Assembly (NCBI GenBank): GCA_023920165.1
Contig: CP089275.1
Location: 4,278,001-4,342,000 of the forward strand
Source of the DNA: Curvularia clavata
Lineage: Eukaryota
Length of the DNA stretch: 64,000 nucleotides
Reading direction: 5' to 3'
The notes under the pieces were generated by a model that was not told the origin of the DNA, made no database searches, and was given only the letters and a program-made list of their open reading frames with translations. A program made the translations under genes and the position numbers. Within the stretch, counting starts at the first letter, position 1, and each line of letters opens with the position of its first letter. Shown piece by piece: positions 11,395 to 24,411 of this stretch.

Positions 11395-11623
11395 TGCTGG
11401 GTGTTTTGGTAAAATGTTGCTTGCATGTATGTGATACCTTTTTTGAAATCGAACAAAAAGATTTTCTGCCATATACCGCCAATAAACGCATATGAAATAC
11501 GATATGATATTAGTGTTCTGAACGTTCAAGTGGCATGTCATATGGGGGTGCAAATGCGTATCCTCATCCCTGCTGAATGAAGGGATGGCGCACAGACCCA
11601 CACTTACTTCCTTATCCGGACAG

Positions 11624-11648
11624 CGCGACCGCGTTTTCGCGTGTTTAC
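11624..11648. promoter_or_regulatory. MCB/SCB-like CGCG elements plus a forkhead site upstream of MCM6
   Basis: CGCG at 11624 and 11630. TTTTCGCGT (ACGCGAAAA on the - strand) at 11634-11642. TGTTTAC at 11642-11648. Confidence 0.5.
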
Positions 11649-11723
11649 AGTGTCCCCGCAAAGCTTCCAGGGCTCCTGTCGAGAGACAACAGCACCCCAT
11701 ACTCGATACCCGTACCCAAAACC

Positions 11724-14717
11724 ATGTCGTCTCTCCTAGACCTTGCGCTCAATTCGGACGCTGCGCCCACCCCATCGAGCGCCATCGGCAACGATGCACG
11801 AACACCACTGATGCGATCGTCGTCGGCGAGACCCCGCGGACCGCCCTCTGAAAGCGCTGGCGCAAACAGTGATATAGAAGGAGATCCGGATGACGAGATC
11901 ATTGGAGCACGGGTACCCGGCAGGAGGACAAATGCTCCACGAACAGACATTCCCAAAGTGGTCGATGTAACTGGAGAGACGCTTTCACTGCGCTTCCAGG
12001 AGTTCTTAGAGAGGTGAGGACCATGAATGCACGATACGCAATGCAACTCAGCTAAATAAAAGATAGTTACACAGAAGACCCGTCGTCATCTGCGCTTCCA
12101 ACGTCTAGCGCGGTTCCTACAACAGATAAATACTACATTGCCCAAATACGTGGTATGCGACTGTACGGCCTGTCTACACTCTATGTCGACTATACGCACC
12201 TTCTCAGGCACGAAGACGGTATCCTTGCAGCTGCGATTGCAAGCGAGTACTACCGCTTTCTCCCATACATGGTCCGGTCGCTTCATAATCTCATAGCAAA
12301 GTACGAACCCAAGTACTTCCGCCAGCACAAGCAGCCAGCCTCGACCGCTTCCGTGACAGCCACCTCCAATGCTGGCAATTCGGCAAGCCAAAATGAGAGT
12401 CTTAATGAAAAGACTGCGAATCAGCAGACGGACAAGCTCTTCACTTTGGCCTTTTACAATCTGCCTCTGGTTTCTCGTATTCGACAGATCCGCACCACAT
12501 CTATTGGCAGCCTGCTGTCCATCTCCGGAACTGTGACTCGAACCTCCGAAGTCCGCCCAGAGCTTTCCATGGCCACTTTTGTATGCGAGATTTGCAATAC
12601 GGTTGTGCCAAACATTGAGCAGACATTCAAATACACCGAGCCAACACAATGTCCCAACATAACCTGTATGAACAGGGAAGGTTGGCGACTTGATATTCGG
12701 CAATCTACCTTTGTCGACTGGCAAAAGGTGCGCATTCAAGAAAACAGTTCCGAGATTCCCACTGGCAGTATGCCACGGACCATGGATGTTATCCTGAGAG
12801 GAGAAATGGTCGATCGTGCGAAGGCAGGAGAGAAATGTATCTTCACAGGTACCGTCATTGTCATTCCTGACGTGAGCCAGTTCCGTGTACCTGGTGTACG
12901 GCCACAAGCCATGAGGGACACGGCAAATACGACAAGAGGCAACGATGTGAGTGGATCTGGGGTCAGCGGTCTGAAAGCTCTTGGTGTCCGTGACCTTACG
13001 TATCGCATGTCCTTCCTGGCATGCATGGTCTCACCAGACCACTCAACTCCTGGACAATCTTCCAACCACCACCTGACAGGTCAGGCTAGTAACATTCTTG
13101 CGTCTCTGGGCCAGGGCCAAATCGAATCCAACGCCACAAGCGGCGAAGAGGCACAAGAAGAGTACCTCGGTACCCTGACTGCTGCAGAAATCCAGGATCT
13201 TAAGGACATGGTGCACAAACCCAACATTTTCATGCGACTGGTCGACTCGATCGCTCCCATGGTCTATGGCCACCAGGTCATCAAGAAGGGTCTGCTGCTC
13301 CAACTCATGGGTGGTGTCTCGAAAGAAACGCCAGAAGGCATGGCGCTTCGTGGAGACATTAACATTTGCATTGTTGGCGACCCTTCGACGTCGAAATCGC
13401 AATTCCTCAAGTACATTTGCAGCTTTCTTCCTCGGGCCGTCTACACGTCTGGTAAGGCATCGTCGGCTGCTGGTCTTACCGCTGCAGTTGTAAAGGACGA
13501 GGAGACTGGCGAGTTCACCATTGAAGCTGGAGCTCTTATGCTTGCTGATAATGGTATCTGCGCTATTGATGAGTTTGACAAGATGGACGTTGCTGACCAG
13601 GTTGCTATTCACGAAGCTATGGAACAGCAGACTATTTCCATTGCAAAGGCGGGTATTCAGGCTACCCTCAACGCTCGTACTTCGATCCTCGCGGCTGCCA
13701 ACCCTGTCGGCGGTCGCTACAACCGCAAGACGACGCTGCGTGCCAACGTCAACATGTCTGCACCCATCATGTCTCGTTTCGATTTGTTCTTTGTGGTTCT
13801 TGACGAATGCGACGAGGCCATTGATCGCCATCTTGCAGAGCACATTGTTGGCATCCACCAGCACCGAGATGAAGCCGTGGACCCCGAATTCAACACTGAG
13901 CAGCTGCAACGTTATATCCGATTCGCACGTACTTTTAGGCCTGAGTTTACTGATGAAGCTAAGGAAACGCTGGTGGAGAAGTACAAGGAGCTGCGTGCAG
14001 ATGATGCTCAGGGAGGCATTGGCCGCAACAGCTACCGTATCACGGTCCGTCAACTAGAAAGTATGATTCGTCTGTCCGAGGCTATTGCGAAAGCCAACTG
14101 TGTGACGGACATTACACCCGAGTTTGTTAAGGAGGCCTACAACCTCCTCCGCCAATCGATCATCTCTGTAGAAAAAGATGATGTCGAGGTGGAGGATGAC
14201 GACGACGAAGCTCTTCTCGCGGCAGCTGCAGCTGCAGAACAAGACGGTGATGCCGCCATGACTGAGGACCAGCAGGAAGCACCACGAGACCGGACGGCGA
14301 CACCGGCGGTACCGCCTCGCGAGAAGACCAAGATTACTCACGACAAGTATGTTGCGATGCGCAACATGTTTGTCAAGCGCGTCAACGCGGACCAGGAAGA
14401 AACACAAGATGGAGTCGAGGAGGAAGAATTGCTCGTGTGGTACCTGGAGCAGAAGGAGAACGAACTGGAGACGCAAGAGGACCTGGAGAAGGAGCGGGCA
14501 CTGGCCAAGAAGGTGCTGAAGAAGGTTGTCAAGGTACGTCTAGGGGCAAGGTTGAAACATTGGTGTAATAACAATTTACTGACATGGTTGACAACAGGAG
14601 CAATATTTGATGATGATCCGGGGTGAAGGACTTGCAGACGAACAGGGACAGGCGGAGAGCAACGACAAGGTGGTTTATGTGCTACATCCCAACTGTCCGA
14701 TTGAGGATATTGCTTAG
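11724..14717 (+). CDS. MCM6: DNA replication licensing factor Mcm6, 3 exons
   Basis: Exons 11724-12013, 12067-14533 and 14598-14717. Zn finger CEIC..CPNITC, Walker A GDPSTSKSQ, IDEFDKM, MSRFDL, and C-terminal YVLHPNC. Confidence 0.96.
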
Positions 14718-14924
14718 ATGATCTAAGATGCAATGTTAAATGACATGTTATACCCAGTATCCAAAATATTATAAAACTGTTCTCTTGCTTTTCTCACACA
14801 GCTCAGGTCAATGGTGTCCGAGAAGGGTATAATCACGTGACCATGTATTCTATTCATAAATGGGAGCTCTCTCTCTCTCTGTGTGTGTATCCCAAGAAAA
14901 CAAGTGTTTTGCCTTTTTATTTAA

Positions 14925-16181
<1,257 letters not shown>

Positions 16182-17800
16182 TTTGGCGGATTGGAGTGTG
16201 AATATGAAGAAGGTCCAGGGGGCAGAGGCGTTGTTCTTATGCGATTTAGCGCTGGTGTCTCACAGGAGGGTTGCAGAGTAGACCTGGTCAAAAAGTAGCC
16301 AACGTCAGATGCTGGGTTCATGGGTTGTGCCGCTAGCGGTGCAAAGCAGCCATGGGCGGATAGATTTCCAAATATGGTAAGGCGGTGGCTGCTGTCCAAA
16401 GCTCAGTTGCAGTTGTTTGTGGGAGACAACAGCGGCCGAAAAAGGTACAAACTTGTCCCATCAGACTGCCCTTCTAGGATACGCCGCGGATCCTAGCACC
16501 ATATGGGGTGGGCTGGTGGTAGTAGCCATGTGGGTAGTCGAGGCTTGTGGAGACTGGCGCATCTACACAACGGTCACAGATGGCAACGGCTGGCCCATGG
16601 CTCACTGCATCACCGTGCGACACGGCTGTGCAACAAGCATGTACAAAGGTAGGGTATATGTATGTATGTAGTAGGGAAACGCAGGTACATGGGAGAGGGC
16701 CGCATTCAGCCTTGTGGCCTCAGGGTCACCGGCTCCGCATTCCCCAGCCGGCGCGGAAATTTCATGCATCAACCCTGTCTGTTCGCAGCGGAAAGGCTAG
16801 GCGGCGGGTGCTGGGCAGTCGAGTCGTACATAACGGTACATAGACATGTACTATTAGTATGCTACTGTACAAACACAGCAGAAGCGGCACTGCTGGATAT
16901 GCTTGTGCCAGCTCGAGTCGATTGGTGGGCTCCCCTCGAGTTTTGTCGCCAAAGCACTGCCATGTCACTCACCGCCGGATTGAGACGCCCTCGCTTAACC
17001 CCTTCCGGCTGCTTGCGCGCTTCCCCCAGCCATTGCACCCTCCTGCTCACAGCGCGACAATGAACCTCCATCTGTTCCATTGTTGCCTCTGATCAAAGCC
17101 CGTCACAAACACTCTTGTCGTCTTGACGAATATGATCGCGCCCCGTTTGCGCGCCCTTGACCACCCCAAACACCTCCTCGCCCACACCCAACAACGTATT
17201 AGCGCCCCCAGCCCCGACGCGTGAAGCTGCGTACACGTGTTTACGGGCCCTGCTGCAGGAACCCGCCATCAACCGCTTCTTCTGCGCTGTCAAAAGGTCA
17301 AACTCTGCACTGCGCCCACCGACGCGCTGTCGCGAGCTTCGACCGACAAAGACGACCTGGTCCTCGAGCCAACAGACAGGTACGTAACTTTGCGCCCATT
17401 TCCTACCCTGGTTACACTCGTATCCTAGCACCCCAGCCTCGTTGCTCCACTCGACATGCACCACTCGCCCTGCTCTTGACCGTCATCTTCACTTTGACCT
17501 TGACGCTGAAAATTTTCCCCCTTCTGCTGCGGCCCCATGGCTCCCTTGTTTTCATTGTTCTTCACAAGTCTCCCTCATTGCCATTGTCCGCTGGCGCTTG
17601 TCACGTTTTGAATGGCGCCGCCAACCATTTCCTCCATTCAGCCAAACAAACCCAAACTCACTCAAAACTAGCTTCCACCTCCTCAGCTCTCGGCCCTTGT
17701 CCTGGACAGTCCTGGCATCTACAAACTTCCTGTAGCACCCACTGTGTGATTGCTCCCAGGACTTGACAGCCCTGTAGCATCAAACACACTCTTCGCCAAG

Positions 17801-20143
17801 ATGGCTTCACGTGCTAATGGAGATGCTCCCACACCCTACCGCCGCTCAGCTCGCATGAGCGCCAAGGCAAGCTCGGTTGCCGAAGAATCAACCTTTACTT
17901 CTGCTACTGCCTCTGGTCCAGCAAGACGTAGTAACAAAACCCCTCTAACACAGGTCAAGCCCCGTAGGTCGAATGCCTATGGCTCGAGCGGCCGTATCGG
18001 AAATCCCGAAAGGCTTGCACCCGTCACGACCACTGGTTTTGCCCAGGCCTTCAAGACCCAGATCGACAAATCTCTTGCCCAGGAGACTGAACAAGAGAGG
18101 GATGAAGCTGACAGTATTCTTGAGGGCATTGGCAGTGTATCGCCGTCCAGTTCCTCGCCGGAGCTCTCACGCAACAACGCTGCCAAGTCCAAAGCTGCCC
18201 CCGGTTACTCCTTCATGGAAAGTGATGATTTGGGCCCCAGCGACGACGACGACGTCGCCGCGTCTGTCGGCAACACGTCCAAGTCATTTGGTCTGTCTCA
18301 TGAAGCTGGTATGCTAGTGAACCGCGATCCATTTGCTGGCTATCCAATGCGGGACGAGCTCAGAAGCTCACCCTCAGTCAAGCCTGCCCCATCAAGCCGC
18401 AGAGCTCCTACTCGCTCCACCAACAATACAAAATCCCAAGGACCAACCCCAGCTCAAGCTCCTGTGAAGAGCCCATCTCAGGACAAGACACCCACGCCGA
18501 TTAGCAATGCTGCCAAGGCGTCTGTCCAGAGCCAAACTCAAGCCCAAGCAAACGTAGAGCAAGCATCAGTCCGGACTGATCAATCCGTCAGTGATGTAGT
18601 CGCAGAAGAGCAGGCTAGACTACAACGTGACGGTCCACCACGACCCCAGCCGCAGCGTTCGTCGGACCGACGCCGCCCCCACCGGAAGGACCCTGGCGAA
18701 GTCAATGCATGGATCGGAGACGTCGAGACTTTTGAATCGACGGACGAGCCAGTATGGCGTTGGAAAAATTCTCTTACCTGGACGTTCTGGACCATGTCGG
18801 GTATCCTGCTCCTGGGCTGGGTTGCGGCCGTTATATTGACTACCACATCGCCTGACTCTGCATCGACGCCGGGCCTGTTCAAGGCTGTGGGCTCGCGCAT
18901 CGTCTACACATACGGAAAGGTGACTGATTATATCATGCCTCCCGGCACGCCCACAGACGCCGAGCTAGTGGAAGCATTCAAGAACAATGGAGACGACACT
19001 GGTCTATGGAGCCGTATCTTCAGCATTGAGACCCGCAATGACAAGCGCTATCAAGGCATGCGCGACACGATTGAAGATTTGAAGAGGGAGCTACCTGCAG
19101 TCATGATTGTTCGTAGGCATGAGGATGGCTCTGTCGAGATCACCGACGAATTCTGGCGGGCCCTGACTGCCAAGGCGCGCTCCGAACCCGAATGGACAAA
19201 GTTTCTCGAAGATACCAAGGCGAAGTTGGCCATTCTTTTCGACTCCAAGACCCACAATGAGCGTGGTCCCACAGAGAGTTGGCCTCATGCCACGTCACGT
19301 GAAGAGTTCATCAAGCTGGTGGAGCGCCGGTATGAGAGCCTGACGGCTCAAGTTGACAAGAGGATCGAGGAGGCAGTCCGAGCTCAGAGCACTCAGTTCA
19401 AGAGCCTGGTAAAAGCTGAAGTCAAGAAGACTATGTTGGAGCAAATCCGCCTCAATGCACTGGCGCAGGCCAACCTCGTCGCCAATTACGAACTTCATCT
19501 TACGAAACCCAATTACTTTTCCCCTGGTCTGGGTGCCATGGTGGACGTAGACATGTCTTCCGTCACCTTTGAGAACCAGTCTGGTCGCCTAGCCCGGTTT
19601 GTGCGCCGTTTTTCTGGAGGCCCTCGTCCCAACCCTCCCATTATGGCACTGAGCAAGTGGGAAGAGCCAGGAGATTGCTGGTGTTCGGCAAATCAAGACC
19701 CAGCATCGCCCGGTCAGGCCCAGCTTACCATTCGAATCCCCAATCCTGTCGTCCCCAAACAAGTCACCGTCGAGCACATACCCATGAGCATGATGCCTGC
19801 TCGCAAGGTCTCCAATGCACCTCGCGACATGGAGCTCTGGGTCCAGACCAACGCGCCCATCAAGCCATACTATAGCCACCGCGAGGTGAGCTGCCGAAGC
19901 GCACCACCCGAGGGCGATAAGTTTGGGGAGTGGAAGTGCCTGGGATCGTTCAAGTACAACGTTCACGCTTCCAATCACCTGCAGACATTCGACCTGTCTG
20001 GTGAGCCATCCGAAGCCGTGTCCCGTTTTGTGCTCCGTGTAACGAGCAATTGGGGTGCCAGTCACACCTGTTTGTACCAGGTGCGACTTCACGGAACGGA
20101 TACCGAAAAGGACTTTGAGTATCCTGTTACTCTGATGGACTGA
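17801..20143 (+). CDS. SUN-domain nuclear envelope / spindle pole body protein (Sad1/Mps3-like)
   Basis: Disordered N-terminus, one TM (WTFWTMSGILLLGWVAAVIL), coiled coil, then a C-terminal SUN domain (EPGDCWC, VTVEHIP, SNAPRDMELW, SNWGASHTCLYQVRLHG). Possible 5'UTR intron at about 17380-17777. Confidence 0.88.
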   Translation: MASRANGDAPTPYRRSARMSAKASSVAEESTFTSATASGPARRSNKTPLTQVKPRRSNAYGSSGRIGNPERLAPVTTTGFAQAFKTQIDKSLAQETEQERDEADSILEGIGSVSPSSSSPELSRNNAAKSKAAPGYSFMESDDLGPSDDDDVAASVGNTSKSFGLSHEAGMLVNRDPFAGYPMRDELRSSPSVKPAPSSRRAPTRSTNNTKSQGPTPAQAPVKSPSQDKTPTPISNAAKASVQSQTQAQANVEQASVRTDQSVSDVVAEEQARLQRDGPPRPQPQRSSDRRRPHRKDPGEVNAWIGDVETFESTDEPVWRWKNSLTWTFWTMSGILLLGWVAAVILTTTSPDSASTPGLFKAVGSRIVYTYGKVTDYIMPPGTPTDAELVEAFKNNGDDTGLWSRIFSIETRNDKRYQGMRDTIEDLKRELPAVMIVRRHEDGSVEITDEFWRALTAKARSEPEWTKFLEDTKAKLAILFDSKTHNERGPTESWPHATSREEFIKLVERRYESLTAQVDKRIEEAVRAQSTQFKSLVKAEVKKTMLEQIRLNALAQANLVANYELHLTKPNYFSPGLGAMVDVDMSSVTFENQSGRLARFVRRFSGGPRPNPPIMALSKWEEPGDCWCSANQDPASPGQAQLTIRIPNPVVPKQVTVEHIPMSMMPARKVSNAPRDMELWVQTNAPIKPYYSHREVSCRSAPPEGDKFGEWKCLGSFKYNVHASNHLQTFDLSGEPSEAVSRFVLRVTSNWGASHTCLYQVRLHGTDTEKDFEYPVTLMD

Positions 20144-20797
20144 AAAAAAAAAGAAAGCGTGAAAGATTGAACCTATGTGTAAGCGCGTGTGGGTTTTTTC
20201 TTCTTCTTCATTGCTGGGTTTGTTTCTATAGAAATTGGTAAGCATGAGAATCAGTCGAATGGGGAAGAAAAAGAGAACAAAAACATAATGGCACCGTAAA
20301 GTGTCGCACTGTTCTTCGTCTTCATCTCTTCTTCAGCAGGCGGGCATTTACGAATTGTTGCACTTTTTTTTTGCTGTTTTTGTTCGGATGTTTTTCCATT
20401 TCTTTAATCTCTTGTATACCCCCCCGGATAGTTATAGAGCATGACGAATTAACGCTTCACTTGATGACGAGCATATTTAAAAAAAATGAATACAGAAATT
20501 GGAATTCAGCATAATGGGCTTTTACCGTGATGTGTATAATCGGTTTTTCTCGGCTTTTTCTTTTAAAATTCGTTTTTGGCTGCAATCCAAGTACGCTTGG
20601 TGTTACACATTGTGAATGTGTGTTTGTGAGCATGTTGAGTAAACTTAGACTCGTCTGTGCATGTCTAAATTTTTTTTGTATCTCTTCTACATTCAATAAA
20701 AGCTTACTCTCTAAGCAACTGAGGCCTTTTTCTTTGTTTCCCGCTTCTGACATTTATGGTTTCGTACTTTTCGTGTTATCATCAAGGCGAATGTATT

Positions 20798-22234
20798 CTA
20801 CCGCACAACACCACCCTTGAGAGTAGGAACGTTACACAGTCCGTCCTTTGTCCTCAGCTTGGCGACACCCGTCTTCTTGTCCGGGCCCTCGCCGCTCAAC
20901 TGTGGGACGACACCGACATCAAAGCCCACTTCGAGCGAGTCGGTGGTGGTGAAACCAGGCTGAATGGTCTCCCAGACCTTCTTCTTGGGGTTAAGGACGG
21001 GCTCGGGCTCGCCCTCCCAGCCCTCGAAGTAGACGCGGTCACCAGCCTTGCTGTCAGCAGGGGGGTTGACCAACTCGACAGGACCCTTGTGGCTGTCCTC
21101 GCCCTCTGCTACACGGGGTGACGCAGCGAGGACCATGGCACACGACTTCACACCACGCATCGTGACGGGCTTGAGATTGCACACGGCAACGATCTTGCGG
21201 TTCTGCATCTCGGCAAGGGGAATCAGACCGTTGAGACCAGAGCATACGGTTCGCACAATCTGGCCTTCGTACTCGGAGGTGTTGTCTGTGCCGGGAGCAT
21301 CGCCGCATGCGATGGTGGAGACATACAGCGAGTCAGCATTGGGGTGGGTTTCGGCCTTGAGGATATGGCCGACACGCAGATCAATGAGGGCAGGGGAGAG
21401 GGGCTTCTCAACGGGTGCACTTTGAATCGTTAGTCAGCATCTAAAGGAGAGAAGAAACGAAGAGAATGGCACGTACGCTTTTTGGGGCTTAGGCTGCTTC
21501 TCCTTCTTTTCCTTCTTCTTCTTCTCGGTGGGCGCACCCTCAGGAATGCCGCTCGAAGGGTTGCCAGCGACTGTCGATGCGACGGCCGAGCCAGCTGCGT
21601 CTGCTTTGGCCTTGGCCTTGTCTGCCTTGCTTTTGCCTCCCTGGCCTCCCTGGGCATTCTGGCCCTGCTCACCCGTCAGGGTCGTGGCCGTGGCGCCCGA
21701 GGCTGCCGCAGCGGCTGCAGCCGCCTCCTTCTCCTTCTTTTTGCGCTCCTTCTCCGCCTTGGCATCTACGGGCTTGATCTTGAAGACGACGTTGTCGGGG
21801 TCGATGGCGACCTTGTCGTCCAACTTGAGGCCGAAGAGGGGCGAGTTTTGAACAAAGTCGACATGGCGGACAATGTGGTGGTATCCATTCTCTCCTGTCC
21901 TCTCGTCTGCGCTCCACTTGGAAACGACGGGTGCGAGCTTCTGGTATAGGGCGATATCCGCAACCGATGGCTTTGCGCCGAGCAGGGTGGTGCGGCTGGA
22001 GAGGTGTGTGTTTAGCGATGACAGGCGCTCCGAGGCCTTTGCGGCGTCCTCAGAGGGCGAGGCGATATGAGAGGCGGTGATGAGCCACTGGCTCAGCTCA
22101 GTCTTGTCGGCATCGCTGTAGGTGACGCTGGGGAAGAGGGCCTGGGAAGCCTTGACAGCGTCGGTCTCGTCGGCAGCGTTGTTGGGCGCGTGCTTCTTGA
22201 GGAAGGCTACGACGTTCTCGTCGAGGGTGGCCAT
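20798..22234 (-). CDS. ARC1: tRNA-aminoacylation cofactor Arc1 (GST-like N-domain plus OB-fold tRNA-binding domain), 2 exons
   Basis: ACC-ATG-G at 22234 and intron 21476-21420. Motifs IDLRVGHI, HPNADSLYVS, RTVCSGL, VCNLKPVTMRGVKSCAMVL and LNPKKKVWE. An in-frame upstream ATG lies at 22456. Confidence 0.9.
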
Positions 22235-22977
22235 GGTGTGTAGTCGTGGGAAAGTTCTCTGGAAAAAGTTGAGGGCAAGTGGCTGTAGTGGGGTAAAGAA
22301 GTCGGCCGCAGGGTTAGTCGCAAAGATGGGGCGGGGAATCGCAGGCCTTGTCGACGAAAGAGGGCGCTGACAGAGTCGTGCTCGTGCGGGCTGAGGTGGT
22401 CTGGTATAGAATTGGCGAAAGAAGGGAGCAATTGGGGGAGAGGCGCGAAGATGCATCGTCCACGTGAGTCAAATTCATGATGCGCCGTCATCGCGGGGCG
22501 CTGAGCTGAGCTGAAGCTGCCTCTGCCTCTCTGCCTCGCACAGGCCCCAATTCCGCTCACGCATCACCACACGGCTGTCTTCTGTGTCCATATTCAACAT
22601 GGAATGATTTGTTCTGGAATGCAGTTCCTTTGTCTTGCAGTGCCACCATCCAATGCCTTTGACTTGTCCTCTGGCCGCGCCCCGCGGCAAGTACATATAG
22701 TACACCGGATATCTCCGCTCTCTAGGCACACCGTCGTCGACCTGGCCGGGCCTGGCATAGCTTCGTATAACATCGCATAAGCCGTAGCGCAGCAGACGTT
22801 GGACATGGACAAGGGCAAAGCCATGCTGCAGCCTGCATGTCATTTGCTCCGCCTGGACAGAGAGTAGGGGTGACGCAACCGCGGGCGTGGTTTGCTGCTC
22901 CTCCTTCCCCCACGTCGTGAACATCTCTCGCTCCTCCTTCCCCGCAACACCCTTCTTCCTCCAAACCCAGCTCCAAC

Positions 22978-23840
22978 ATGGCATCCGAAGCGTCCCCAGA
23001 TGTGCCCAAGGACCGAAAGAGGTTCATCCCTCTTGGTACCAGACACCGGCCTGCCCAAAAGTCGCCGACTAACGCGCCACAGAGAACAACCCAGAGGTCA
23101 TGACGGCCCTCGTTCACAAGCTTGGCCTATCTGACAAGCTCGCATTCCATGACGTCTTTAGCATAGACGATCCCGAGCTCCTTGCCTTCGTTCCGCGGCC
23201 TGCCCATGCTCTCCTTCTCGTCTTCCCCGTGAGCCACACATACGAGAAGTTCCGTATCCAAGAAGACAAGGATAAGTCAGAGTACCAGGGCCACGGCCCA
23301 GACGAGGAAGTCGTGTGGTACAAACAGACCATCGGCAATGCTTGTGGTCTGATTGGCCTGCTCCATGCTGTCTCCAACGGCTCAGCACGTCCTCACATTC
23401 GTCCGTACTCCTAGTTCCGTTGCGCGGAAGCTATCCACGCGTTGCTGACCGAACATTCAGGACCCGACTCCAATTTGGCCAAGCTAGTCGACGACGCGAT
23501 ACCACTGAACCCGGCCCAACGAGCAGACCTCCTTTACCACTCCGAGGCCCTTGAGAGCGCACACCAAACCGCGGCGTCAGGCGGCGATACGGCCGCACCT
23601 CAAGCCGATTCCGATGTTGATCTGCATTATGTCTGCTTCATCAAGTCGGATAAGAACCACCTGTGGGAACTCGATGGCCGTCGTAAAGGCCCCCTCGACC
23701 GCGGTGTCCTAGCTCCGGATGAAGACCTTCTTAGCGAAAAGGCACTCGACCTGGGTGTGCGCAGCTTCCTCAAGCGCGAAGCTGAGGCCGGCGGAGGCGA
23801 ACTGCGCTTCAGTCTGATTACGCTCGCCGAATCATTCTAA
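22978..23840 (+). CDS. YUH1: Ubiquitin C-terminal hydrolase (peptidase C12, Yuh1/UCH-L3), 3 exons
   Basis: Exons 22978-23035, 23083-23400 and 23461-23840. Motifs FIPLENNPEV, KQTIGNACG (catalytic Cys), LHYVCF (His) and ELDGRR (Asp). Confidence 0.92.
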
Positions 23841-24411
23841 GGTCACCGTGAAACAAGGGGCGAGCTCGCCCAAATGCCGGGGGAGCCTCACACGTCACTG
23901 GTTGACGGTGACAGCGGCGGTTGACAGCAGTGGACAACAAGAGATCGTGATAGTGGGGCCGGGACAGGGACCGTAAGCAAGTTACCCGCGTGGCTTTGAC
24001 CGAGTCCTTATTAAGGGGGTGAGCGACGTTTGATTACTGTTCGAGTCCTAGCCAGGTACCCTAGAGGCTTAGCTTGGGCTCATGTCACTGTCCTTGCAAT
24101 ATCCGTCCAGATATGACCACATGGGAAAGTTTTGGAGGTAACATGGCGGCTTTTGAAATCACACATACCAGATTATGGCTCAATGAAGCATGCTGACCAC
24201 ACAACGGTCCGTTGGTGCCTTGGCCATCGGCACGGTCGATCGTTTTGCTACCTAATAGTAGCGCCGCTTTGCTCGGTACCATTCCACGTTAATCATCACC
24301 GCCTGCTTTTTTGCTTTTTCGTTCAATTGATCACAGCCCAAGATATACACGCGCAACGTAACGGACCAGGAGCGCGGCCCCTGCCCCCCCGACATTCGCT
24401 CCAGCAACACC

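Noticed and set aside
24035..24052. GTTCGAGTCC resembling a tRNA T-loop / B box
   Set aside because: The flanks do not form a T stem and there is no cloverleaf.
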